From positions 1 to 52,338 of the IMG/VR virus record IMGVR_UViG_3300020034_000022: DNA of 52,338 bases. One strand, given 5' to 3'. The notes below the pieces were generated by a model. The model was given only the letters and a program-made list of their open reading frames with translations, had not been told where the DNA came from and searched no databases. Shown piece by piece: positions 1-7,990 of the stretch (positions are counted from its first letter, which is position 1; each line of letters begins with the position of its first letter). The translations under genes were made by a program, and so were the position numbers. This stretch comes from a virus (lineage: Duplodnaviria > Caudoviricetes).

Positions 1-52
1 CCAACAGAATTGTTAGCCATTCTGTTGGTCACGCCGTGTTTGAACGTCTCGC

Positions 53-289
53 ATGATAGAGCAATTTTTTATAGCCCTCTGCGGCGTAACCAGTGTGTAC
101 CTAAGTCAGGACGAACGGTATGCGTATAGGAGATGGGCGTGTATTGCGGGGCTTATATCACAACCATTTTGGCTGGCGGCTGCGTGGAAAGCGGATCAAT
201 ACGGAATTATGTTTTTAGCCTTCGTTTACGCGATTGGCTGGATGCGCGGGATAAACACTTACTGGATGAAACCGAGTGCGAACGATTAA
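53..289 (+). CDS. small membrane protein
   Basis: 78 aa with about three hydrophobic segments. Confidence 0.6.
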   Translation: MIEQFFIALCGVTSVYLSQDERYAYRRWACIAGLISQPFWLAAAWKADQYGIMFLAFVYAIGWMRGINTYWMKPSAND

Positions 290-290
290 C

Positions 291-594
291 GAGCGTGTCG
301 TGGTGTACGCGGCACCCCCAATTGCGTGGAAACGGCGTAAGTGGATAGACGCGGATAGCCGAAACAAAGAGATAGGCAACCTTGGCAACAAGGCGGAATC
401 CGAGACGCGCCTAGCGCGGTCTGCGACGTGCGACCACCTCCAACCGGTGCTGCTGCGGCCGATGGCAGTGGAGCTAGGCAATTGGAGCGAACGGTCAGTA
501 ATCAATCTGGCGCACGCTCACCCTATAAAGGCTGAATGGTGAATAGACTTAGAAAAATTAAGTTGCGCTTTCGGTGGGCAACCAGATTCAGGCT
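291..594 (+). ncRNA. candidate structured RNA (multibranch)
   Basis: GAGCGTG(291-297)/CACGCTC(513-519) encloses CGGAT/ATCCG, CCTTG-GCAA-CAAGG, CTCCAA/TTGGAG and GACC/GGTC stems; a second domain is closed by CTGAAT(532)/ATTCAG(586). Confidence 0.45.
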
Positions 595-645
595 GAGAAT
601 GTTTAGCGAACGTTTCTGGAAACGTGACGATATGAAATATACACG

Positions 646-1116
646 ATGGACGTATCGCTAATCAAATCTCCGCAAGGTGCGCTAGTCCCGATGTCCGAGG
701 ACGACGCCGAGAAGTTACGCCGTTACAAGTCAGGTTCGATTGTGCGCGGTGACTTTGCGGAGATGCGAAATGGGAAGTTCTTTCGTAAGTGGTGGATTCT
801 GGCGAAGTTTGCTTTTGATGTGTGGGCAGAAACCGTGCCGGCGCGTGAATACAAAGGCGTGGCTGTGCTCGCAGACTTTAAGAGATTCCGCCAAGACCTG
901 ACGATTATGGCCGGATTCTTCCGCCCTGTATTTGCTGCGAACGGTGAGGTACGTGTTGAAGCCGAGTCCCTAAAGTGGGCCAGCATGGACGAGAACCGAT
1001 TCGAGAAATTGTATAGCGCGACGATCAATGTAGTGCTGGAAAAGTTGTTACCTAAAGGCCGGTATTCGGAATACGAGTTACGCAATCTAGTTGAGCGAAC
1101 AATGGAGTTTTCATAA
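646..1116 (+). CDS. DUF1367-family phage protein (nin-region type)
   Basis: RNGKFFRKWW, FR.DLTI.AGF, SL.WASMDE..FE.LY motifs. Confidence 0.75.
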   Translation: MDVSLIKSPQGALVPMSEDDAEKLRRYKSGSIVRGDFAEMRNGKFFRKWWILAKFAFDVWAETVPAREYKGVAVLADFKRFRQDLTIMAGFFRPVFAANGEVRVEAESLKWASMDENRFEKLYSATINVVLEKLLPKGRYSEYELRNLVERTMEFS

Positions 1117-1523
1117 TGGAAATAACAGACGCATGGAACCCGTTCAAAAAACCGCCGTTACGGGCATTGGTACCGGAGAACGCGAGGCTGGCAAGTCCGA
1201 TAGGGTTTAGCTCAGACACTAAACGTGGGCCGCGGGCTGCATCCGTACCTTACGCAGAACGTGAACGGAAGGCTCAGTTAAAGGCCGATAAACGCCATCA
1301 AAGGCGTGTTGACTCCGGAATGGTAGCTCTGGAACAGACTTTAATGGCGTTTCTCAGGCAGGCCAAATCTATCCAGATGACCACGCGAGAACTCGCCGAG
1401 CTTGCCGGATGCGAGTCATGGATTGCCGGCCAACAACTCGCCTTGTTGAAGCGTGGTGGATTCATCCAAAACGAGGCTTACAAAGTTGGCGGGAAACCCG
1501 TTACGAAATGGTGGGTGCCGTGA
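1116..1523 (+). CDS. hypothetical protein with C-terminal winged HTH
   Basis: MTTRELAELAG...L..L...G.I pattern; TAATG coupling to upstream gene. Confidence 0.55.
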   Translation: MEITDAWNPFKKPPLRALVPENARLASPIGFSSDTKRGPRAASVPYAERERKAQLKADKRHQRRVDSGMVALEQTLMAFLRQAKSIQMTTRELAELAGCESWIAGQQLALLKRGGFIQNEAYKVGGKPVTKWWVP

Positions 1524-1846
1524 ACGTACGCCAGCGTGAACCCCGCATAGAGATGCCCAAGATACGCAAACACGCACGCGGGCAGGATTGCACGATGGGG
1601 AGTCCTGAATGCAACGGAGACTCTACAACAGTAGTCTGGGCGCATTCAAACATGAGCATGCACGGTAAGGGCGTGTGGTTGAAAAGCCACGATTTCAATG
1701 GCGCGTTCTGCTGTTCAGGGTGCCACGACTGGTACGACCGTCGAGTGATATTGAAAGATGACGTAGCGGATAGGGTTCATTACTTCCATAAGGCGCACGC
1801 GGGTAGTCTTTATATTCTTGTGCGCGACGGCATTCTGAAAACGTGA
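1520..1846 (+). CDS. DUF1364/YbcO-like putative Zn-binding nuclease
   Basis: ARGQDCT..C..TTVVWAH..K.HD..GAFCCSGCHD; GTG start overlaps the upstream stop (GTGA). Confidence 0.75.
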   Translation: MNVRQREPRIEMPKIRKHARGQDCTMGSPECNGDSTTVVWAHSNMSMHGKGVWLKSHDFNGAFCCSGCHDWYDRRVILKDDVADRVHYFHKAHAGSLYILVRDGILKT

Positions 1847-1926
1847 CCTGGCTCATGGCCTACGTGTTGACCTACACCAGTTTTATCGTAATCACGCTTT
1901 TCCTATTTGAGAAGGGGATTATCTGA
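1843..1926 (+). CDS. 27-aa single-TM microprotein
   Basis: MTWLMAYVLTYTSFIVITLFLFEKGII; coupled at both ends (GTGA, CTGA). Confidence 0.45.
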   Translation: MTWLMAYVLTYTSFIVITLFLFEKGII

Positions 1927-2444
1927 ACCTACGACCTGCCTATGCTGCAACAGGTTTCGCATCACTGGAATCCGACCCTAACAATGAGCGGCCTATAGAC
2001 AGAGTAGCCGCCGCGGGGATGGTTGACCCACTAGGACTGGCCATCTGGAAAATGCGCTATGGCCTTGAATCAGTGGCCTACAAAGAGGTCAGGAAGCAAC
2101 TGATTCTGCTTTATCGGGCAAAACGAAGTCAATTCGAGACGCAGGGGGTTGTAGAGGCGATAGTGGATAATTGCCTACATGAATTCATGGCAGACAATTG
2201 CAGGGTGTGTAAGGGGGCGACGGAGGTTCTTTTTGGAGAACTCAAAATGACTTGTCCCGAATGCGGCGGACTCGGAAAACATAGGTACTCCGACAAAGAG
2301 CGCGCAATATTTATGAAGATGGCGCAGGAGCGTGTAAAACACGGTACCAGAATATCCACTAACATTCACTGGCTGTTAAACGTAATCAACACCTTAGACG
2401 TAAAGGTTAATTTCCAGATGGCTAATCAGTTGGAGAGAAAATGA
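1923..2444 (+). CDS. Q-like late antiterminator (Zn-finger), probable CTG start
   Basis: CRVCKG...CPECGGLG; position after nin-like genes and before the late promoter; frame open back to CTG at 1923, preceded by GAAGGGG. Confidence 0.6.
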   Translation: MNLRPAYAATGFASLESDPNNERPIDRVAAAGMVDPLGLAIWKMRYGLESVAYKEVRKQLILLYRAKRSQFETQGVVEAIVDNCLHEFMADNCRVCKGATEVLFGELKMTCPECGGLGKHRYSDKERAIFMKMAQERVKHGTRISTNIHWLLNVINTLDVKVNFQMANQLERK

Positions 2445-2623
2445 AAACATTGTTGAGCATAGCATTGGCATTAACGCTATCAGGATGCGGATGGTTTGAC
2501 CGTGTGGCGGCAACGACTACCGGCTACTCAAAGGTGTGTGTTGATAAGATTCAATATATCCAGTTCACCAGTGGCGTAACTGTAGCCTACACACCTGACG
2601 GCAAGGTAAAGACGTGTTCATAA
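2441..2623 (+). CDS. small lipoprotein
   Basis: signal peptide with lipobox LSGC; two further Cys. Confidence 0.75.
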   Translation: MKTLLSIALALTLSGCGWFDRVAATTTGYSKVCVDKIQYIQFTSGVTVAYTPDGKVKTCS

Positions 2624-2659
2624 ACGAGCGCTGTCCATGAAACGTGAACAAGGGGAGAG

Positions 2660-2905
2660 ATGATGATTGCACAGATGAGATTTGAATACGAGAATCCAGA
2701 GGATTCGCAAAACTATATTTACGTCTATCCTGATGACGGAACGTTTAGGTGTGAGCCGAAAAAGGGCGCGATTAAAATCCAGATTGGTGATGAACAGGCG
2801 GTGGGTAGCTATAACTCTAGTTTCGATCTATACATCACGTTACCGCCAGCGCAGGTAACGGCATTGCGTGACTTTTTGACAAAGATGATTGAGGCTGCGA
2901 AATGA
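2660..2905 (+). CDS. hypothetical protein
   Basis: purine-rich SD; part of a packed operon. Confidence 0.55.
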   Translation: MMIAQMRFEYENPEDSQNYIYVYPDDGTFRCEPKKGAIKIQIGDEQAVGSYNSSFDLYITLPPAQVTALRDFLTKMIEAAK

Positions 2906-2945
2906 GCGACTATAGATTAATGAAGAAGGCGATCGGGGAGATTGT

Positions 2946-3206
2946 ATGAGCCATCTAGGAATAACGTTTGTATTGACCGACGACGAGGCTGCGGAACGCG
3001 ATATGCGCAATGCCGAGCCAGATGTTCCAATAGAGACTACGCCAGAACTTGAGGCGGCCACGGATGCGCTAATGGACGCTGTGCGATGGGCTTTTAACGA
3101 AGATCGCGGCGCCTTCGACAATGAACTGTGCGGATTCGATTTTGGATCGCCTTGCCGAGATAGGGTTAGGGAGGCGCTGAGAATTCTGTTGGAGAATAAA
3201 CCATGA
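2946..3206 (+). CDS. hypothetical protein
   Basis: GGGGAG SD; ATGA coupling to next gene. Confidence 0.55.
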   Translation: MSHLGITFVLTDDEAAERDMRNAEPDVPIETTPELEAATDALMDAVRWAFNEDRGAFDNELCGFDFGSPCRDRVREALRILLENKP

Positions 3207-3451
3207 GATATGCAGAACAACTTAGGTTAATGCTGGAGAAGCATCAGTGGGAGTTTCTGAATGACAGCGACAGATGCCCCGAAACGTGCGTTGAGTGCTA
3301 TGGAGAGGCGCACAAACCCGATTGCCCCCTAGCAGCCCTCCTAGTAGAACCCCCAATCACTCAGGAAGACTTCGACCACATCATGAGCGCTCCCGTAGGG
3401 GCTATAAACATGCTGGATGTGTGGCGGGAGAAGATGAAGGATAAGGAGTGA
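3203..3451 (+). CDS. hypothetical Cys/His protein
   Basis: C..C.....H...C motif; coupled. Confidence 0.55.
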   Translation: MRYAEQLRLMLEKHQWEFLNDSDRCPETCVECYGEAHKPDCPLAALLVEPPITQEDFDHIMSAPVGAINMLDVWREKMKDKE

Positions 3452-3648
3452 AGGAAATGGCAACGACAATTAGTACCGGATTTACTACTGAGCTAATAAT
3501 CCCAACATTCGACGAGTGGTACATGGAAAAGCACGGGCAATCGTTTGAGGATGACCAGAGACCTGATTGGCCTATTAAACATATTATTGGACGCTTGACT
3601 CAGGCTATGGGTGAATACGTTACTTATGTGGCGCGGATGGGGAAATAG
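3448..3648 (+). CDS. hypothetical protein
   Basis: coupled ORF with SD. Confidence 0.5.
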   Translation: MKEMATTISTGFTTELIIPTFDEWYMEKHGQSFEDDQRPDWPIKHIIGRLTQAMGEYVTYVARMGK

Positions 3649-3676
3649 TCCCAAAATACCCACCGTTCCGTAATTG

Positions 3677-3705
3677 TTGCTTTTTAAAAAAAGACGCTGT
3701 ACAGT
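3677..3705 (+). promoter_or_regulatory. sigma70-type promoter, probable late (pR'-like) promoter
   Basis: TTGCTT-17 bp-TACAGT at the start of an ORF-free region downstream of the Q-like gene. Confidence 0.5.
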
Positions 3706-4170
3706 CCTACCGCTGACTAGTGTATCCATGTACGATGCAGCGCGGCGATTGACGGTCGCAATATCGAAACAGCGATTGGTGTACGCCGAACGGGTCAAGG
3801 CCGAAAGGCCACAAGAGTAGTGGATACCCCGCCACCATATTCCACAGAATTAAACCTAGCAGGCGCTCCCCGCCTGTGTTAGGCCTATGCATTCGCACTC
3901 CACGCCACAAGACTATGACGCGCAATCTCCGCGGTCTGGAAGAAATGAGATCACCTTTACTGACAAACCGGGTGCCCTTACCTAAGCTGGCGAGGGATAA
4001 ACAGGAAAACTGGCAATTGACACTCCGCAAGGGGTAGGCGCATCGCCCACGATACGGGTTCCTGATAATAAACTGAGCTTCCGGACAACGAGCATCTAGC
4101 GTTGAACCCGCCTGCGTCTTGCCCCGCGGTTGTGGTAGGGTCAAGCCAGAGGGTTTGTCCAAACCTCGCT
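3706..4170 (+). ncRNA. candidate large structured RNA (~460 nt)
   Basis: no credible ORF; GTATCCAT/GTGGATAC, GGCC-GAAA-GGCC, CAGGCG/CGCCTG, ACTCC-GCAA-GGGGT, CGGGTTC/GAACCCG and GGTTT/AAACC stems. Confidence 0.5.
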
Positions 4171-4294
4171 TATTTAGATAGTTTTTTTAGATCGCAACTC
4201 CATCGTTCATAGCGTACAGCTATGACAAGGTTTGTCACCTTGGTTTGGCGATCTAACAAAACGATTTTCAGAAGCCGGGAACCCTCAACACCTA

Positions 4295-4441
4295 CTAGAT
4301 AGTAAATGGAGGGTTGCCCGTGCGTTCTGGAATAATGCTTTTGCAATCACCGCATTTGAGTTCGTCGGTAGCTTCGTCATAGACAAGCTCACTGCTGCCG
4401 CATTCAGGGCAACGAATAGGTTTCTGGGTATCGTTTTCCAT
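4295..4441 (-). CDS. 48-aa TFIIB-type zinc-ribbon protein
   Basis: CPECGSSELVYDEATDELKCGDC; TAAAAT lies 7 nt before the ATG. Confidence 0.6.
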   Translation of the reverse strand: MENDTQKPIRCPECGSSELVYDEATDELKCGDCKSIIPERTGNPPFTI

Positions 4442-4554
4442 GTTGGTGATTTTATACCTAAACCGGATTCGTGAATTGATGAGGAATTGCAACATTTGTC
4501 AAAAATCATTTGTTTCTAGAGTTTTTTGACGTAAGTATCAACTGGGAGATTTAG

Positions 4555-4839
4555 ATGGAATTAATCGAGTATCGGGTGCGCCCGGTGACGCGATATATCG
4601 TCACACGGTTTGAAAGAGACGTTGTAGGTTCGCACTGCGCTTATCAAGGAGAATTTGATAGCGATAAAACGGCTTACGCAGTTGCTTATGCGCTGTGTAA
4701 GGCTGACCACGAACGCAAGGGCTGGCCTATTGGTGACGAGCGTATTCAATATCCGTTGCCGATTGAGGCGAGTTCTGTAGATGCCGCTTTGGTCAATCGT
4801 GAAACATCGACAAAAGAGTTAGCCAGTTCAGATAGTTAG
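4555..4839 (+). CDS. hypothetical protein
   Basis: GGGAG SD; 94 aa. Confidence 0.65.
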   Translation: MELIEYRVRPVTRYIVTRFERDVVGSHCAYQGEFDSDKTAYAVAYALCKADHERKGWPIGDERIQYPLPIEASSVDAALVNRETSTKELASSDS

Positions 4840-4847
4840 TACGTCTT

Positions 4848-4922
4848 TGGCCGAAAAGCGGATGCAGGTATACCAAGGCCTCGCCGATGGCGGCGGAACA
4901 CCTGACGTAGCGAAGTAAGCCA
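4848..4922 (+). ncRNA. small structured RNA candidate with loop-E-like motif
   Basis: TGGC/GCCA stem, GAA opposite AGTA, CAGGT/ACCTG and CGCC/GGCG stems. Confidence 0.4.
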
Positions 4923-4965
4923 CCCCATTCCCCGGCTTCCGTGATCCTCCCCGCGGAAGTCTTTC

Positions 4966-4993
4966 GCCAGCCTTCGGGCTGGTTTTTTTATTT
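4966..4993 (+). terminator. intrinsic terminator
   Basis: GCCAGCC-TTCG-GGCTGGT followed by a T run. Confidence 0.9.
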
Positions 4994-5004
4994 CAGGAGC
5001 GTCA

Positions 5005-5190
5005 ATGCTGTATTGCCTATATGACAACGCCAAAGAGCGTCGTCTGGTGATCGACTGTGCGCTCGGTGACGGCGCTTCCATCAATACGGTGGAAGCGTCC
5101 TGCTGGCTTGACGCGAAGCAAAAGCTAGGATTTGAGCTTACTGCCCTCCAATCATACTTTTTGGAACGCGCTAACGCCAAGGAAGCGTAA
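5005..5190 (+). CDS. hypothetical protein
   Basis: AGGAG SD. Confidence 0.6.
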   Translation: MLYCLYDNAKERRLVIDCALGDGASINTVEASCWLDAKQKLGFELTALQSYFLERANAKEA

Positions 5191-5192
5191 CC

Positions 5193-5330
5193 GTGGACAC
5201 CGCGAAAGGCAAGTGTTCTACATGCCGGCACCGGATAGTCACTAAGCCCTTTACTGGATATTTCGGCTGCAAGTTGCAGAAGCCGTGGATTTACCACGCA
5301 CTTTGCAACATAGCGAAGTGGGCGCCATGA
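5193..5330 (+). CDS. 45-aa Cys-rich protein (absent from the ORF track)
   Basis: GTG start, CSTCRH...C...C; ATGA overlap with next gene. Confidence 0.5.
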   Translation: MDTAKGKCSTCRHRIVTKPFTGYFGCKLQKPWIYHALCNIAKWAP

Positions 5331-5752
5331 GCCGCTTTAAAAAGATGGTCGATACCAGACGGCTGTATTGCTTCGAGAATACCTACCTCACCGGGGCGTA
5401 TCTCCAAAAGCCGCGTTCTCTCCGCTTCCTGAAGACTTTAGCGGAAAAGGTGTGGGCCAAGCATGGCCGTAAACACGTCCGCGTGCCCTCCATTGCGATA
5501 GTTGAGGGCGCTAAATGGTCATCCTGCACCGGCTACTCAGAAATCGCTCTAGCCACGGCTACGAGCACCAGAAGGAACGTTCCTCACAATACGGTAGACG
5601 TTCTGATACACGAACTGACTCATGCAATGGGATTCGGCAACCCTCACGGGCCTGGATTCGCAAGAAAGTACGTTGAGCTCCTCGTTGAGTATGGGCGTTG
5701 CCACGAGGGTGAGTTGAAACTGGCTATGCGCCTTTTCAACATCAAACATTAA
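5327..5752 (+). CDS. zincin metallopeptidase (SprT/DUF45-like)
   Basis: LIHELTH...HGPGF motif. Confidence 0.75.
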   Translation: MSRFKKMVDTRRLYCFENTYLTGAYLQKPRSLRFLKTLAEKVWAKHGRKHVRVPSIAIVEGAKWSSCTGYSEIALATATSTRRNVPHNTVDVLIHELTHAMGFGNPHGPGFARKYVELLVEYGRCHEGELKLAMRLFNIKH

Positions 5753-5759
5753 GGAATAC

Positions 5760-6725
5760 ATGGCCGCAAAAGTGTTGAGGGACGATGATTTCATTGAAGA
5801 ATTCCAAAACATAGGTGCGAGGGGCATAGCCAGAAAATACAAGATGGACGCACGCAGTATCCATCGTCGCAGACGGGCTTTGGAGGGGCAATACAAGACG
5901 CACATTCTCCCGTCAGTGAAACCGCAATCACGGCAGTCCCCAACTAGGGAACTGGAAGAACATCCCGGCCGGCTATCAATAGATGTTCAGGATGGCACTG
6001 TTCTAATCGGCTCCGATTCGCATTACTGGCCGAACATAATTTCGACCGCACACAGAGCTTTTGTTTACTTCAACGAGAAGTTGAAACCAAAGTTTGTCAT
6101 CAAGAACGGTGATGAACTGGATTTCCCAAGAATATCAAGGCACGCCCCTATTCAGTGGGAGCAACAGCCTACGGTAATTCAGGAAATTGAGACTGCCCAA
6201 GATCGACTGCACGAGATTACCGAAGTCAACAAGAATGCCAAATACCTTTGGCCGCTTGGGAATCACGACGCACGCTACGAGACGAAATTAGCCACCGTAG
6301 CTCCGGAATACGCCCGCGTTCACGGCGTTCATCTGAAAGATCATTTCCCACGGTGGAAGCCGTGTTGGTCTGTATGGATAAATGACACGGTAGTTGTAAA
6401 GCATCGCTGGGCGAACGGAATACACGCGGTTTACAACAACACCGTAAAGTCAGGCAAGACGATAGTTACCGGGCATCTGCACTCGCTCAAGGTAACGCCA
6501 TGGTCGGACTACACGGGTACCAGGTACGGCGTTGACTGCGGCACGATGGCAGACCCATACGGCCCTCAATTTGAGGGCTACATGGAAGACAACGCTCGCA
6601 ACTGGCGATCCGGTTTTGTCGTGCTGACATTTTACAAAGGCAAGTTGATCTGGCCGGATGTGGTTCATGTTGAGGACGAGAAAAAAGGCTTAGTCAGTTT
6701 TCAGGGGAAAGTTTACGAGGTTTAA
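5760..6725 (+). CDS. calcineurin-like metallophosphoesterase with N-terminal HTH
   Basis: DSH, NGD..D, GNHD and GHLH motifs. Confidence 0.85.
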   Translation: MAAKVLRDDDFIEEFQNIGARGIARKYKMDARSIHRRRRALEGQYKTHILPSVKPQSRQSPTRELEEHPGRLSIDVQDGTVLIGSDSHYWPNIISTAHRAFVYFNEKLKPKFVIKNGDELDFPRISRHAPIQWEQQPTVIQEIETAQDRLHEITEVNKNAKYLWPLGNHDARYETKLATVAPEYARVHGVHLKDHFPRWKPCWSVWINDTVVVKHRWANGIHAVYNNTVKSGKTIVTGHLHSLKVTPWSDYTGTRYGVDCGTMADPYGPQFEGYMEDNARNWRSGFVVLTFYKGKLIWPDVVHVEDEKKGLVSFQGKVYEV

Positions 6726-7172
6726 ATGCACATCAGCGAAGCGGGCAAAGACCTCATTAAAGAATTTGAGGGCTGCCGGCTGAAGGCGTACGACGATGGT
6801 GTGGGTGTACAGACTATCGGCTGGGGAAGAACAACAAACGTATCACCAGGTGATACCTGCACCCAGGAACAAGCTGACGCATGGTTTGACGCAGAAGTAG
6901 AAGAGTTTGCGAACTATATCAGTCTGGCGCTACAAGTAGCCGTATCTCAAAACGAGTTCGATGCGATGGTAAGCCTCGCCTACAACATAGGCACGACGGC
7001 TTTTGTGAGAAGCACGCTGCTTAAAAAGCTGAATGCTAGAGATTTTAAAGGCGCCGCCGAACAGTTTGACCGCTGGAACCAAGCTGGAGGAAGTCCCATG
7101 GCGGGACTAACCAGACGCCGCGCCGCCGAAAGGAAATTATTTGAAAAACCCTATACCCAAAATTTCGCTTAA
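6726..7172 (+). CDS. endolysin, GH24 lysozyme
   Basis: FEGCRLKAYDD.VGVQTIGWG (E-D-T triad); GLTRRRAAE. Confidence 0.93.
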   Translation: MHISEAGKDLIKEFEGCRLKAYDDGVGVQTIGWGRTTNVSPGDTCTQEQADAWFDAEVEEFANYISLALQVAVSQNEFDAMVSLAYNIGTTAFVRSTLLKKLNARDFKGAAEQFDRWNQAGGSPMAGLTRRRAAERKLFEKPYTQNFA

Positions 7173-7356
7173 AGACGCCATCAAGCGCATAGAGCAGTTG
7201 GAGCGCGAGGTGGAGCAATGGAAGGCTGCGAAAGGTAGTGTATTCCAGCCGTTCAGCCAAGTGATTGATGCCGTGTCTAAGTCACCGCTTCCTGCGGCAA
7301 CCGTGACATTTACCAAACCGAAAGATGGCGTTATCTACGCCGTCGTGAACTCATGA
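7141..7356 (+). CDS. hypothetical coiled-coil protein
   Basis: TTG start; ATGA coupling downstream. Confidence 0.5.
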   Translation: MKNPIPKISLKDAIKRIEQLEREVEQWKAAKGSVFQPFSQVIDAVSKSPLPAATVTFTKPKDGVIYAVVNS

Positions 7357-7523
7357 AACAAGCCACGTACTGCGCAGTCTTCATGTGCCAAATGTTCCTA
7401 GCCCTGATATGGCTAGTCCGTCAATTCGTTCTGTGGGTACGTCCTTACTTATCGTTGCTTGGGATAGTCGGGATTGTCTGCGGGATGGTTTATCTATTTT
7501 TAGACTTTATGGAGCTTTTATGA
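7353..7523 (+). CDS. 56-aa two-TM protein, holin candidate (absent from the ORF track)
   Basis: MKQATYCAVFMCQMFLALIWLVRQFVLWVRPYLSLLGIVGIVCGMVYLFLDFMELL; ATGA overlaps at both ends. Confidence 0.55.
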   Translation: MKQATYCAVFMCQMFLALIWLVRQFVLWVRPYLSLLGIVGIVCGMVYLFLDFMELL

Positions 7524-7990
7524 AACTGCTTAAATTAAGCCTGCTCGTTATTTTACTTTCAGGCTGTGTGAGCACACCTGAACTTATCGTGGAAACCCCG
7601 ACCGAGCGTACCTCGCTATCTCTACATCTGACGAAATCCGCCAGTTTCGTAGACCACCTGAAGGGTGCGCAATCGAACCTCCAGCAAGCGCAAGCCATTG
7701 GCGTGTTGCGTGAGAACGATCCGGCCCTTGCATGTGTAACTCAAGTCCTCGCCAAGATCGCGCCAGAGACGGGGGATGCACCCAAGTCATTCGTACCCAA
7801 CTCCGGGAGCATTCTGGAAGACGCATCCATAGCGTACATCCTGAAACGGCAACTGGAAGACCTACGAAATCTCGGCCCGTCGCAACCCGACCCGACATGC
7901 CTTGGTTTGGTAGGACAGATCGTCTATGACGGCGCCGTAGCTGCGCGGAGGGGCTTGTCAGTATTGAACCCCATTCGAGGACTTCGTTGA
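7520..7990 (+). CDS. lipoprotein, possible o-spanin-like lysis accessory
   Basis: true start MKLLKLSLLVILLSGC after GGAG SD; lipobox. Confidence 0.65.
   Translation: MKLLKLSLLVILLSGCVSTPELIVETPTERTSLSLHLTKSASFVDHLKGAQSNLQQAQAIGVLRENDPALACVTQVLAKIAPETGDAPKSFVPNSGSILEDASIAYILKRQLEDLRNLGPSQPDPTCLGLVGQIVYDGAVAARRGLSVLNPIRGLR

Noticed and set aside
276-542. 88-aa ORF
   Set aside because: No recognisable features; the region is better explained by RNA structure, though coding is not excluded
301-3786. Shared 10-mer TGGTGTACGC in both structured regions
   Set aside because: One 10-bp match between regions of this size is plausible by chance
3706-3830. Hammerhead ribozyme (CTGA...GAAAC)
   Set aside because: The CTGANGA core and the required stem arrangement are not present
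3650-4550. tRNA cluster or suppressor tRNA
   Set aside because: No cloverleaf with a GTTCRA T-loop found by eye; tRNAscan-SE would be decisive
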